Shown piece after piece: positions 29,683 through 39,233 of a stretch of DNA of 64,000 bases. The stretch comes from Spirochaetia bacterium (GTDB lineage Bacteria > Spirochaetota > Spirochaetia > SZUA-6 > Bin103): contig CBDBOV010000001.1 in NCBI GenBank assembly GCA_965208575.1, forward strand, positions 320,001-384,000, given 5' to 3'. The notes beneath the pieces are model-generated. The model worked only from the letters and a program-made list of their open reading frames with translations. It did no database searches and was not told the origin of the DNA. Each line of letters starts with the position of its first letter. Position 1 is the first letter of the stretch. The position numbers were made by a program, and so were the translations under genes.

Positions 29683-31500
29683 TTAATGACCCATTGCTTC
29701 CTTCAGCTGACTGTCGATCCAGAGGTATTGGAAGAGAGTATTATTTGCACCTCCTCCCATGATGCCTTCGCCGGCGTAGCCCATCACCCACGGCTGGACC
29801 ACGTTATACACCGGGGCATCCGGACCCCAGAGAGTCCAATGCTGCTCTATGTAGTTCTTGTCCATCTCGCGACTCAGCCTTTCCACCTCTTCGACAGTGA
29901 CAGCCTCTAGGAGGTCTTCATGCAGGGCATCATGGCGAGCGTCGGTAGTCGACATCTGCCAACCACTGGTGTCCCCGGACGTATGCTGCCACCATTGATC
30001 CGACGGATCAGCCTTGACGCCTGCGGTATCGTTAACCATGTCAAAATTCAAGGCACCTCTTCTAGCCATGAATTCTGCCGAGGAAGGTGTCTCGATACTG
30101 ACATCTATGCCAATCTCAGCCCAGTACGCAGCCATGAATTCCGGCCAGCCCACATCCCACCGGGGGAAGTGCGTGAACGTGGTCTTGAATCGGATACCGT
30201 CAGCGCCGCGCGGATACCCGGCCTCATCGAGGAGCTTCTCGGCCCCTGCCGGGTCGTAGGTATAGTATCCCTTGAGCTCCGCGGACCACTCTTCGTATGG
30301 GTAGATATAAGATGAGAATGTCCGGCCTATCCTTCCCCGTGGTAACGTATCTGCAAATCCCTTGAAGAAAGAGCTGTTCATGGTCTCGAAGTCTAGTGCC
30401 ATCTGCATGGCATGGCGCACCCGGACGTCGTCAAACGGCGGCTTTTGAACGTTCATATGAACGGCGGTGCCCTCGGAGCGCTGTGACCACGCGAACTGCT
30501 GGAGTTCGGGGTTGGTCCGCTGCAGGCTCAAATGATCGTTGATACTGAATAGTTGAGTCGAGCCGGGGTGACCGATATAGTCGATGGCACCCGAGCGCAG
30601 TCCCGCCAGACGTGTTTCAAACTCTACGATAATGAGACCCTTTACCTCGTCAACATATGGCAAGCGGTTCTCAGGCCATTTTGGGTCGAACCCCCAGTAG
30701 TTTGGATTCTTGGTGTAGGTAAAAGAACTGCCACTAACCCAGTCAGTCAGCTCGAAGGGACCGGTGCCAACCAGGTTCCTCCAATCGGCAGCGTCACCGT
30801 GTTCCTCGATTACCTCGGGGGGGTAAATAATCGCGGCTTGGTTATCCATGATTTGGCTCAAGGCAGTGAGACTTGGCTTCTTCATCTTTATGACAAGCGT
30901 TTGATCGTCGGTGGCCTCTATGGATTCCCAAGGCAAATCTCCGAAGGAACCTATCTGGAGGGCTTGGGGTTCGGTAAAGCCGCTGCCCAAACCCAATTGA
31001 CGGTGAAAGTTATATGCTACGTCCTGCGCAGTAAGTTCCCGCCCATTCATCGGCGCCTTATCATGCCAGTGAACGCCCTGGCGGATATTGAACACATAAG
31101 TGTTGGCGTCGGGCGTTTCCCAGCTTGCCGCCAGCGCCCCCCGCAGGGCGGATACAGGCGTCCTGAAGCCGCCGTTAAAAGGATATGCGTCCCTATCCAG
31201 TGCCCAGTCCATCATGCCCAGTTTCTCATTAACGAGACTGCCGATGAGCCCCGACGCCCGATTATTCTGAGCGGTGTCAACATTTTGGGTGGCAAACATG
31301 GCGCCAGCTCTGGCAAAGGTTATGGTCCCGCCCCACTCATGCTCAGTATGCACGTTGCCGGTGACGGGGTCGGTCACGTACCTCTTGTCGGCGGCGGCTG
31401 CCGTCGAGCCCTCGTCTGCGCCAGTGGCCCAGAGGCCGGTGGCGGTCAGGGCGAGTCCAATCAGGATCGCGAGGCACGTCTTAGGAAATGTCTGTCTCAT
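29683..31500 (-). CDS. ABC transporter substrate-binding protein, family 5
   Basis: Signal peptide, LAASWE, VGTGPF, YDPAGAEKLLDEAGYPRG. Confidence 0.93.
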   Translation of the reverse strand: MRQTFPKTCLAILIGLALTATGLWATGADEGSTAAAADKRYVTDPVTGNVHTEHEWGGTITFARAGAMFATQNVDTAQNNRASGLIGSLVNEKLGMMDWALDRDAYPFNGGFRTPVSALRGALAASWETPDANTYVFNIRQGVHWHDKAPMNGRELTAQDVAYNFHRQLGLGSGFTEPQALQIGSFGDLPWESIEATDDQTLVIKMKKPSLTALSQIMDNQAAIIYPPEVIEEHGDAADWRNLVGTGPFELTDWVSGSSFTYTKNPNYWGFDPKWPENRLPYVDEVKGLIIVEFETRLAGLRSGAIDYIGHPGSTQLFSINDHLSLQRTNPELQQFAWSQRSEGTAVHMNVQKPPFDDVRVRHAMQMALDFETMNSSFFKGFADTLPRGRIGRTFSSYIYPYEEWSAELKGYYTYDPAGAEKLLDEAGYPRGADGIRFKTTFTHFPRWDVGWPEFMAAYWAEIGIDVSIETPSSAEFMARRGALNFDMVNDTAGVKADPSDQWWQHTSGDTSGWQMSTTDARHDALHEDLLEAVTVEEVERLSREMDKNYIEQHWTLWGPDAPVYNVVQPWVMGYAGEGIMGGGANNTLFQYLWIDSQLKEAMGH

Positions 31501-31706
31501 GGAGATAGACCTCCTTCATCGGTTTTGAGAGTGCTGTTTCCACTGCCGGGCCCCTCGCTACTCTCGCGAGCGAGAGCACTCTCATCGAGCGAGGGCGGCA
31601 CCCGGTTTCCCGCGTCAGTCGCCGCGACGCCCCGCGGGCTGCTGGTCGGCGAAGTAGCGAGACTCCCCGCTTCATAGCCAGTTATCCGGTATAGTGGTGC
31701 TGCGTC

Positions 31707-32639
31707 GTGGATTCGAGAATGAGACGAACCGACCAAAACCTATCTGGAACCGACATCGGGCATGGAACTCGCGAGGAGAAGCTGGTCCGGGTTGACACGC
31801 GCGACCAGCGGCCGCAGTTCCAGGGGGCGCCGGTGTGTGCCTCTCTCGCCCGACACCACATCGTTCACCTGGGTGTGGCTCGCCAGCAGGGACCGTGGGA
31901 GGTCGTCCGCACCAAGCTCGGGGGGAGCTTTTTCCAGGCGACGTTAGACGGCGAGGGGCAGGTGGTTGTCGACGGACGTTGGCAGCCGTGTCGCAGCGGG
32001 GAAGCGTTTCTCTTGCCGCCGGGAACACGGCATCGGTTTCGCGCGCTGCCGCGGCGTCGCTGGGATCATTGCTGGGTGCGCTACGAGGAGCCCCCAGGAC
32101 AGAGACCCATCGCGGCGGCGAGCTCGCCGATTATCGCGAGCTTCGATTCCGGGCCGCTGCGTCACGCGATTCTCGGGCTTCATGGTGAGTGCTCCACGGC
32201 GACGGCGCCGGAGACCGCGGACGGGTGGGCGGAGCTCATTCATCGTTACGTCACCAGATTCGCCGGGCCCGCCGCGATGGATGCGCGTCTGTGGCGGCTA
32301 TGGGAGACCGTGGCCACGGACTTGGGCCATCGTTGGAACACATCCGCGATGGCGCGCGTTGCCAACGTGAGCGAGAAGCACCTCGAACGACTCGCCAAGC
32401 GAGAGCTTGGGCGAACCCCGCGCCAGCAGCTTATCTGGTTACGGATGCGGCGGGCGGCCGAGCTCTTGGCCGATGAAAGGCTGACTATCGAGAACGTCGC
32501 GGCGCAGGTGGGATACGAGAACCCATTCGTATTCTCGACCACGTTCAAGCGAATCATAGGCTGGCCGCCGTCGAAGTACCCCGGTCGACGGTCTATCGAT
32601 GCCGTCGCGCCGCGCGCCGCGAGCCGGGTCAGCCCTTGA
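31707..32639 (+). CDS. AraC-family transcriptional regulator
   Basis: Cupin-like N-domain; C-terminal VAAQVGYENPFVFSTTFKRIIGWPPSKY; start uncertain. Confidence 0.9.
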   Translation: MDSRMRRTDQNLSGTDIGHGTREEKLVRVDTRDQRPQFQGAPVCASLARHHIVHLGVARQQGPWEVVRTKLGGSFFQATLDGEGQVVVDGRWQPCRSGEAFLLPPGTRHRFRALPRRRWDHCWVRYEEPPGQRPIAAASSPIIASFDSGPLRHAILGLHGECSTATAPETADGWAELIHRYVTRFAGPAAMDARLWRLWETVATDLGHRWNTSAMARVANVSEKHLERLAKRELGRTPRQQLIWLRMRRAAELLADERLTIENVAAQVGYENPFVFSTTFKRIIGWPPSKYPGRRSIDAVAPRAASRVSP

Positions 32640-32819
32640 TGGCGCCGAGCATGATGCCCTTGACGAAGTACTGCTGGATGAACGGGTGGACCGGCACGAT
32701 CGGCCCGATGGCGAGCAGGACGCCTGCACCGGCACCATGATGGTCCAGTAGGCCGCACCGTCGATGATCGCGGAGTCCTCCATCGACTGATCGACCATCA
32801 TCAGGAAGTTGCGCGTCAC
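32629..32819 (-). pseudogene. Remnant of carbohydrate ABC permease (MalG/UgpE-type)
   Basis: EAA-like RNFLMMVDQSMEDSAIIDGA joined out of frame to C-terminal HPFIQQYFVKGIMLGAIKG*. Confidence 0.7.
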
Positions 32820-32895
32820 GATGCGAGGGTCCCGCGAGTCGCGTTGACCGTACCGGTTGCTTGCAAGGACGCGCCTCGCCCGCGAATTGCTTGGC

Positions 32896-34002
32896 TCAGA
32901 TGAACATGGTCTTGGTGTCGTAGTCCCGGAGGATCGCAGCGCGGGCGGCCTCGTTCCAGCGGTTGTCGTCCGGTTCGTCGGCCAGCGGTTGGTAGCGGTA
33001 GCTGCGCTCGAGCGGAAAGCGCTGGTGGCGGGCGTCGATGGCCAGCGCGATGATGCGCGAGCGCTCGTGGATGCGCGCGGCGTCGTAGGTCACCGGCGGG
33101 TCCCCGCGCGTTACGCCGAGCAGCGACGAGCGGCGGTGAAAGCCGAACACCAGCGTCACCCGCAGCTCCTCGGACTCGTTGGCGAACGCGCCGTGCACCA
33201 CCTGGCGGTTGTTGATCGCCACGTCTCCGGGGTTGCACAGCATCGGCACCGCGCCGGGCAGGCGGTCGGAGCCGCCGTTGGCCGCCACGTGAGCGGCGAT
33301 GTCGAACCGGCTGCGGTGGGTGCCGGGCACTACCCACAGCGCGTTGGCGGGAGTGGTGGGGTAGAGCTGGGCCATCGTGTTGTAGCCGTGGGTGCCGGCG
33401 TCCAACTTGCCGCTGTCCCAGTGCGTGGTGCCGTCCTGGTGCCACGCCGTGGACGGCCCGAGCCCCGGTTGCTTGACGAATATCCCCTCGTTCCAGGGCA
33501 CGAAGTCGGGGCCGTTGATCCGTTCCGCCACTGCCAGCAGGTCCGGATGGCCGTACAGCCTCAGGTAGGCGTCCATGAGCTGCAGCGCGCCGCCGCCGAT
33601 GAAGCTCAGCACCTCCTCCGGCGCCTCCCGGGAGGCCTCGGGCTCGGTCATCTTTACCGGGTGGCGGCCGTCGCTGGCCGCGGTGCCCCCGGCCGGGTCG
33701 CTGAGAGGCTTCGCGAACTGGAACTGCGGGCGCTCCAGGTCCACGCCGAGCGCGGGCCGGCCCTGCGCATCGGTATCGGCCGCAGGTGCGTGCGGCGCCC
33801 GTTCCAGCACGCGCGCGAAGTCAGCCTTCAGCTCGCTCAGCTCCTCGTCGCCCACCACGCCCTCGAACACGTAGAAGCCGGTGCGCCAGTAGGCGTCGAC
33901 AATCTCCTGCGCAAGCTTGCCATTGCCGTCGAACCGCAGCGGTCCGCGGTTGCCGAGTTCACAGGCACGCCGTTCGCCCTCTACCAGGTACGCGTCAGTC
34001 AC
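32896..34002 (-). CDS. PhyH-family dioxygenase
   Basis: WHQDG, LWVVPGTH, VHGAFAN; paralog of 48010-49116. Confidence 0.9.
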   Translation of the reverse strand: MTDAYLVEGERRACELGNRGPLRFDGNGKLAQEIVDAYWRTGFYVFEGVVGDEELSELKADFARVLERAPHAPAADTDAQGRPALGVDLERPQFQFAKPLSDPAGGTAASDGRHPVKMTEPEASREAPEEVLSFIGGGALQLMDAYLRLYGHPDLLAVAERINGPDFVPWNEGIFVKQPGLGPSTAWHQDGTTHWDSGKLDAGTHGYNTMAQLYPTTPANALWVVPGTHRSRFDIAAHVAANGGSDRLPGAVPMLCNPGDVAINNRQVVHGAFANESEELRVTLVFGFHRRSSLLGVTRGDPPVTYDAARIHERSRIIALAIDARHQRFPLERSYRYQPLADEPDDNRWNEAARAAILRDYDTKTMFI

Positions 34003-34225
34003 CGCATCCCCCCTCGCCGGGGACATTATTGGACGCGTCAGTCGGCGGCGCAACCGATCGGCACAAGAGCGGGCGCGCGGTAGCCGGCGAGGGCGCGTCC
34101 TTGACGGATTTCCGGTCCGGTCCGACACTGCGCGCAGTGTCGGACCGCATCACCTTCAGGCAACGGCGGCGCGGCGTCGGAACGGAAGCGCCGCGGGTCG
34201 CACCGGAATCGGTCGGCGGGCGATC

Positions 34226-35659
34226 GTGCTGACTCGGCTGCGCGTTTCGGGCTTCCGGAACCTGGTCGACGCCGATGTCCGGTTCGGACCGTTCACCTGT
34301 GTCGTCGGGCCCAACGGCGGCGGCAAGTCCAACCTGTTCGACGCGATCCGGTTCCTGAGCGCGCTGGCCGATGGCACGCTCGACGAGGCTGCCGACGTGG
34401 TGTGCGGCGGTCACGGCGGCGCCGACGTGCGCGACCTCTTCCACCGCTCCGGCAGCGGCGTCGCCGACCGTATGACGTTCGTGGCCGACATGGTCGTTCC
34501 CTGGCGAGCGGTCGACGACTTGGGCCAGGAGACCAGGGCCAACAGCACGTTGCTGCGCTACTCCCTCGAACTCGGCCGCCGCCAAGTGCGGGCCGGGTTG
34601 GCACACGGCGCCCTCGCCGTCATCAGGGAGGACTTGATTCATCTCCGCCAGCGGGACGCGCCGCACCACCTCCTGTTCCCGCACAGCGCAAGCGAATGGC
34701 GCCGGGCGGTGGTGGGCGGCCGGCGCTCGGCGCCATCCTTCATCTCCACCGAGGGGAACGGAGAACAGCGCGTCGTGGTGCTGCATCGCGACGGCGGCGG
34801 CGGCGTCGGTCCGGTGCGCCTGCGAGCGGTCGACCTGCCGCGCACCGTGCTGTCGACGGCCTCCGGCGCGCAGAGTCCCACGGTGCTCGCCGCCCGCCGG
34901 GAGCTGCAGTCGTGGCAGTTGCTGCACCCGGAGCCGGCCGCGCTGCGCCGGCCGGATCGATTCGGCTCACCGTCGCGCATGGCAGCCGACGGCGGCCACC
35001 TGGCCGCGGCCCTGTACCGGCTGACCAACAGCCATGGCGGCGACGCGCGCAACCTGGATCGGGCACCGTTGGAAGCGATGTCCGATCAACTTGGCGAGCT
35101 GATCGACGGCGCGCATGCGGTGCAGATCGAAGTGGATCGCGAACGCGACCGGCTGGTGCTTTCCCTGCTTGACCGGAACGGGACCCCTCATCCCGCATCG
35201 ACGCTTGCGGACGGCGTGCTGCGGCTCCTGGCGTTCCTGGTGCTGGCCCACGATCCGCGGACGTGCGGCGTGCTGTGCATGGAGGATCCGGAACGCGGCA
35301 TCCATCCGGCTCGGATTCCGGCTGTCCTCGACCTGTTGATCGGGATCGGCGTGGATGCTCACCAGCCGGTCGGGGAGCGCAATCCACTCCGCCAGGTGAT
35401 CGTCAGCACCCATGCGCCGGCGGTCCTGCAGCAGGTCCCTGACGAGAGTGTCGTGTTCGTGCGATCTCAAGGCGGGAGCGCGCAGTTTTCGTGCCTGCCG
35501 GATACTTGGCGAGCCGGGGACAGCCGGCATGTGTCACGCGACGATCTGGAGGCGTACCTGCATCCGGTGCCGTCGCGGGATGCCGGTGCCGGCGGCGCGC
35601 GCTACCGGCGCGTAGTCGATCGGGAAGACTCGGAGCAGTTGCCGCTGTTTCTCAACTGA
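34226..35659 (+). CDS. ABC-type AAA_21 ATPase, paralog of 18397-19908
   Basis: GPNGGGKSNLFDAIRFLSALA, LADGVLR, CMEDPERGIHP, STHAP. Confidence 0.85.
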   Translation: MLTRLRVSGFRNLVDADVRFGPFTCVVGPNGGGKSNLFDAIRFLSALADGTLDEAADVVCGGHGGADVRDLFHRSGSGVADRMTFVADMVVPWRAVDDLGQETRANSTLLRYSLELGRRQVRAGLAHGALAVIREDLIHLRQRDAPHHLLFPHSASEWRRAVVGGRRSAPSFISTEGNGEQRVVVLHRDGGGGVGPVRLRAVDLPRTVLSTASGAQSPTVLAARRELQSWQLLHPEPAALRRPDRFGSPSRMAADGGHLAAALYRLTNSHGGDARNLDRAPLEAMSDQLGELIDGAHAVQIEVDRERDRLVLSLLDRNGTPHPASTLADGVLRLLAFLVLAHDPRTCGVLCMEDPERGIHPARIPAVLDLLIGIGVDAHQPVGERNPLRQVIVSTHAPAVLQQVPDESVVFVRSQGGSAQFSCLPDTWRAGDSRHVSRDDLEAYLHPVPSRDAGAGGARYRRVVDREDSEQLPLFLN

Positions 35660-35690
35660 GCCTGAAGCGCACGGCAGTTGGCCGGTCAGG

Positions 35691-36221
35691 TCAGACCGAG
35701 GCCATCCGGCGAACGGTCGCCGCGACTTCGGCGACCGAGCGGTGGTCGGTGGTGAGGTGGGTTGCGAACCGCGGCGATTGCAAGGCTGTGGTACAGCGCT
35801 CAACGCGCTGCAGCGCCCACCGCGTCGCGCGCGGATCGAGGGGGCGCAGCAGGAGCCGCCGGCGGATGGTCTTCGGGTCGGCGACCAGCGTGAAGTGGTG
35901 CACTGTTATGCCGGCTCTCCGCAACTCCCCCACCGTCTCGTCGAAGTATCCGGCATCCACCACCGCCATCGGCACCAGGAGCAGTCCTGGATGGTCCTGC
36001 AGCACGCCTGCGACAGCGGCGACGGTGAGGCGCCGCCACAGGTGCAGGTCCTGGAAGTCATCGCTGCGCCGGGCCGCCGGGATCGCCCTGCTCAGCATCC
36101 CGCCGATGTCTTCCGGATCCAGCGTCATGGCGTCCGGCAGGAGCGTGGACAGCCTCCGCGCCACCGTCGTCTTGCCGACGCCGAATGCCCCGTTCAACCA
36201 GATTACCCGTGGCTTCGACAT
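35691..36221 (-). CDS. P-loop kinase-like protein (AAA_33/TmrB-like)
   Basis: WLNGAFGVGKTT, DPEDIG, DFQDLHLWR, HHFTL. Confidence 0.8.
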   Translation of the reverse strand: MSKPRVIWLNGAFGVGKTTVARRLSTLLPDAMTLDPEDIGGMLSRAIPAARRSDDFQDLHLWRRLTVAAVAGVLQDHPGLLLVPMAVVDAGYFDETVGELRRAGITVHHFTLVADPKTIRRRLLLRPLDPRATRWALQRVERCTTALQSPRFATHLTTDHRSVAEVAATVRRMASV

Positions 36222-36249
36222 GGGTGACCGTGTGTTATGGTATTGGGCA

Positions 36250-37011
36250 GTGGAAACTTCGCACAACGGCTTGTCGGTCGAACAGAAGGCGCGCTACCGG
36301 CAAGATGGCTACGTCGTCCTGGATCGCGTGTTCGCGGCTGACGAGTGCCGGCGGTTCGTCCGCCACGTGGACGACCTGAGCGCCGGAAGGAAGCGGCTCG
36401 ACGGGTTCGGCCAGCAGGAGAACTACGGCCAGCGCACGTTCAATCAGCACCTCTACGATCCGGTCGCGCTGCAGTTCCTGATCGACGAGCGCCTGCACCG
36501 TCCGCTCGCCGACTGCTTCGAAGACGAGCCGGAGGCGATCCAGACCATGCACTTCTTCGCAGGCTCGGAGCATCCCCTGCACCAGGACCAGTACTACCTT
36601 CCCGACTGCATGTCGGCGTGGATCGCGATGGTCGACGTCGACCAGGACAACGGCCCGCTGGTGGTTCAGCCCGGTTCGCACACGGGCCGGCTGGTCACCA
36701 AGAGCGACGCGCGCCACGAGCTGCAGCCGGGCGAGACCTACATGGACCAGCAGCACGGCCGCTACTTTCCGCTGGTGCGGGAGGCGTTCCACGACAACGG
36801 GCGGGACCAGGCGCAGGTGCTGGTGAACCGGGGCGACGTGGTGCTGTTCCACGGCCGGCTGATCCACGGCGGCGCCCCGGTGCGGCGCCCCGGCACCCCC
36901 CGGCACGCGCTGGCGTGTCACTACATTCCGCACGGGAGCGAGAACTGGGACCGCGACTGGCCGCGCATCTCGTTCGACGGCACGCGCCGCGTCCACTACC
37001 GCGCCGCGTAG
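36250..37011 (+). CDS. PhyH-family dioxygenase
   Basis: YRQDGYV, HPLHQD, NGPLVVQPGSH, LIHGG. Confidence 0.9.
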   Translation: METSHNGLSVEQKARYRQDGYVVLDRVFAADECRRFVRHVDDLSAGRKRLDGFGQQENYGQRTFNQHLYDPVALQFLIDERLHRPLADCFEDEPEAIQTMHFFAGSEHPLHQDQYYLPDCMSAWIAMVDVDQDNGPLVVQPGSHTGRLVTKSDARHELQPGETYMDQQHGRYFPLVREAFHDNGRDQAQVLVNRGDVVLFHGRLIHGGAPVRRPGTPRHALACHYIPHGSENWDRDWPRISFDGTRRVHYRAA

Positions 37012-37040
37012 CCAGCCTCGGCATCGCACTCGCCGGCCGC

Positions 37041-37484
37041 ATGCGCCACCTGCCCCGGTTCTTGATTGCCTGCGGCGTCGTGCTGCTTGCCATCGGCTGC
37101 ACCGGCGGCCGGCAGCCCATGCCCGCGCTGGCGCCGGTGGTCCTGGGCGGGGACACTCGACAGACGGATGCCTTCCAACTCAACGCCGCCGCGGTCGATG
37201 GCGACGTGCTCGCCATAGAGGTGTCCTACGCGGGCGGCTGCCGCAACCACGAGTTCTTGCTGCGGGCGTCGCGCTCGTTCCAGGTGGTGGCCGGCTCGGT
37301 GCGGCTTGAGATTGCACTGATCCACAACGCCAACGAGGATCCCTGCGAGGCCTTTCTCACCGAGCAGCTCCGCTTCGATCTGGATCCGGTCAAGCGCCTC
37401 TACCGTCAGACGTACAGCCAGGAAACCGGCACTGTGTACCTCCGTCTCGACGGCCACGCGGGGCCTCTCGTCTACCGTTTCTGA
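37041..37484 (+). CDS. Putative lipoprotein
   Basis: Signal peptide with LAIGC lipobox-like end; VSYAGGC...DPCEA cysteine pair. Confidence 0.7.
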   Translation: MRHLPRFLIACGVVLLAIGCTGGRQPMPALAPVVLGGDTRQTDAFQLNAAAVDGDVLAIEVSYAGGCRNHEFLLRASRSFQVVAGSVRLEIALIHNANEDPCEAFLTEQLRFDLDPVKRLYRQTYSQETGTVYLRLDGHAGPLVYRF

Positions 37485-37530
37485 CTCACGACGGCGAGCA
37501 GGTCAGGCGGCTGGCGGAAGGCTGGGGCGT

Positions 37531-38133
37531 TCAGCAGTCGGGAAGGCGCGGGCGCGGTCTGGTCCTGGTGTCGCAGCCGTGTGTGCGCTCAAGATCGACA
37601 TTGGTCAGGTTGGCGCCACCGAGGTCTGCCTCGTCCAGGACAGCGCCTGCTAAATCCGCTCCATGCAGATTTGCCTCGCTCAGATCGGCTCCGTTCAACG
37701 CCGCACTGCGCAGATCCGCCTCGTGCAGGTTCGCTCGTCGCAGGATCGCCGCCACCAGGGATGCGGCGCGCAGATTGGTGCCGCTCAGGTCCGCCCGCCG
37801 CAGGTCGGCATCCACCAGGTCGGCACCGATCAGGTCCGCCGCCGCCAGGGAGGCATCGCGCAGCATCACGTTGCGCATCGTCGCCCCGGTCAGGATTGCT
37901 CTCTCCAGGTCCGCGTTGATCAGGTCGGCGTTCGTCAAGTCCGCGTTGACCAGGAGGGCGCCCGACAGGTCGGCGCCGGTGAGATCCACGCCGCGCAGGT
38001 CGGCGCCGCGCAGGTCGGCGTCGCTCAAGTCCGCATACTCGCAGTCCGGCAAGCACTCCGGCAGAGCCGCTACATACGTGGCGGCCGCCAGCAAGAGTAC
38101 CACAATCGAAGGCAGGTTCCTCTGAAGCGTCAT
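37531..38133 (-). CDS. Exported pentapeptide-repeat protein
   Basis: Signal peptide, CLPDC, long A(D/N)Lxx repeats. Confidence 0.9.
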   Translation of the reverse strand: MTLQRNLPSIVVLLLAAATYVAALPECLPDCEYADLSDADLRGADLRGVDLTGADLSGALLVNADLTNADLINADLERAILTGATMRNVMLRDASLAAADLIGADLVDADLRRADLSGTNLRAASLVAAILRRANLHEADLRSAALNGADLSEANLHGADLAGAVLDEADLGGANLTNVDLERTHGCDTRTRPRPRLPDC

Positions 38134-38412
38134 GCGCCAAGTATCGCACGTCGCACGGACCATGAACCACCACCGTCTGAAGGCCGGCAGAGATGAGGCT
38201 CAAGGTTCACCAGTTCAAACGGCGTCTGGATACCACACGAATACCGTATGTCCGCATCAAGGTGCGATACATGGATGAAATTGGGCATTGGACTCCTGTA
38301 TGGTCGGGACAGGGGAGCGACGACGTTGCGCGACTACCGCTCTATCGACTCCACCGAGCGAGTGATTGACCACGTGCGAGGGGGCGGCCGACACTGCTCG
38401 GGGAGCCGTGCC

Positions 38413-39138
38413 ATGCAGTCACTGTCGGAAAGGGTCGCCGTGGTAACCGGTGGCGGGCGCGGTATCGGCCGCGCCATCGCCGTCGCCTTCGCCCGCGAGG
38501 GTGCGGACGTGGCGCTTGCCGCGCGCAGCGATTCGGAGTTGGCCACGGTCGCAAACAAGATCCGAGGGCTCGGCCGGCGGGTCCTGGCGGTGCCGACCGA
38601 CGTCGTCCGGCGCGACCAGGTGGACGCGCTGGCGGACGCGGTGCGCGGGGAGTTCGGGCGCCTCGACATCCTGGTTAACAACGCCGGCGGCGGCCTGGAA
38701 CCCAGCAGCATCCTGGTCAGCGATCCCGGCCTGTGGGTCGAGGACGTTACCGTGAACTGCATCAGCGCCTACCTGGTGTCGCGCGCACTGCTGCCGCTGA
38801 TGATCGAGTCGGGCGGCGGGCGGGTGATCAACATCGGTTCGGGCATGGGACACCGGCCTACCGCGAGCGGCTCCGCATACCACGTCGGCAAGGCGGGCCT
38901 GTGGATGTTCACCCGCTGCCTGGCCGAGGAGGTGTGGCAGCACAACATCGCCGTGAACGAGTTGATACCGGGTCCGGTCGCGACCCGGATCACGCCGCGT
39001 GAAGGTCCGCCGCCCTACGCGGCGAGCGAAGTGATCAAGGAACCGGAGGAGGTGGCGCCGCTGGCGTTGTTCCTGGCCACCCAGCCGGACCGCGGCCCCA
39101 CCGCGCAGAGCTTCAGCCTCACCCGCCGCCCGATCTGA
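38413..39138 (+). CDS. Short-chain dehydrogenase/reductase
   Basis: TGGGRGIG, NNAG, YHVGK. Confidence 0.92.
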   Translation: MQSLSERVAVVTGGGRGIGRAIAVAFAREGADVALAARSDSELATVANKIRGLGRRVLAVPTDVVRRDQVDALADAVRGEFGRLDILVNNAGGGLEPSSILVSDPGLWVEDVTVNCISAYLVSRALLPLMIESGGGRVINIGSGMGHRPTASGSAYHVGKAGLWMFTRCLAEEVWQHNIAVNELIPGPVATRITPREGPPPYAASEVIKEPEEVAPLALFLATQPDRGPTAQSFSLTRRPI

Positions 39139-39233
39139 CCGGCTCGCGACGGATCTGCGGGGCCTCGGGCCGTGGCGTGGAGGTCGCGCGCGCTGTGGGC
39201 GAGCGGCCGCGAATTTCGTATCCTGACAGGGAC

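Noticed and set aside
35691-36221. Tunicamycin-resistance gene call
   Set aside because: Only family-level resemblance to TmrB-like P-loop proteins; function cannot be assigned from motifs.
37531-38133. Dense 15-bp periodicity
   Set aside because: Explained by the pentapeptide-repeat protein.
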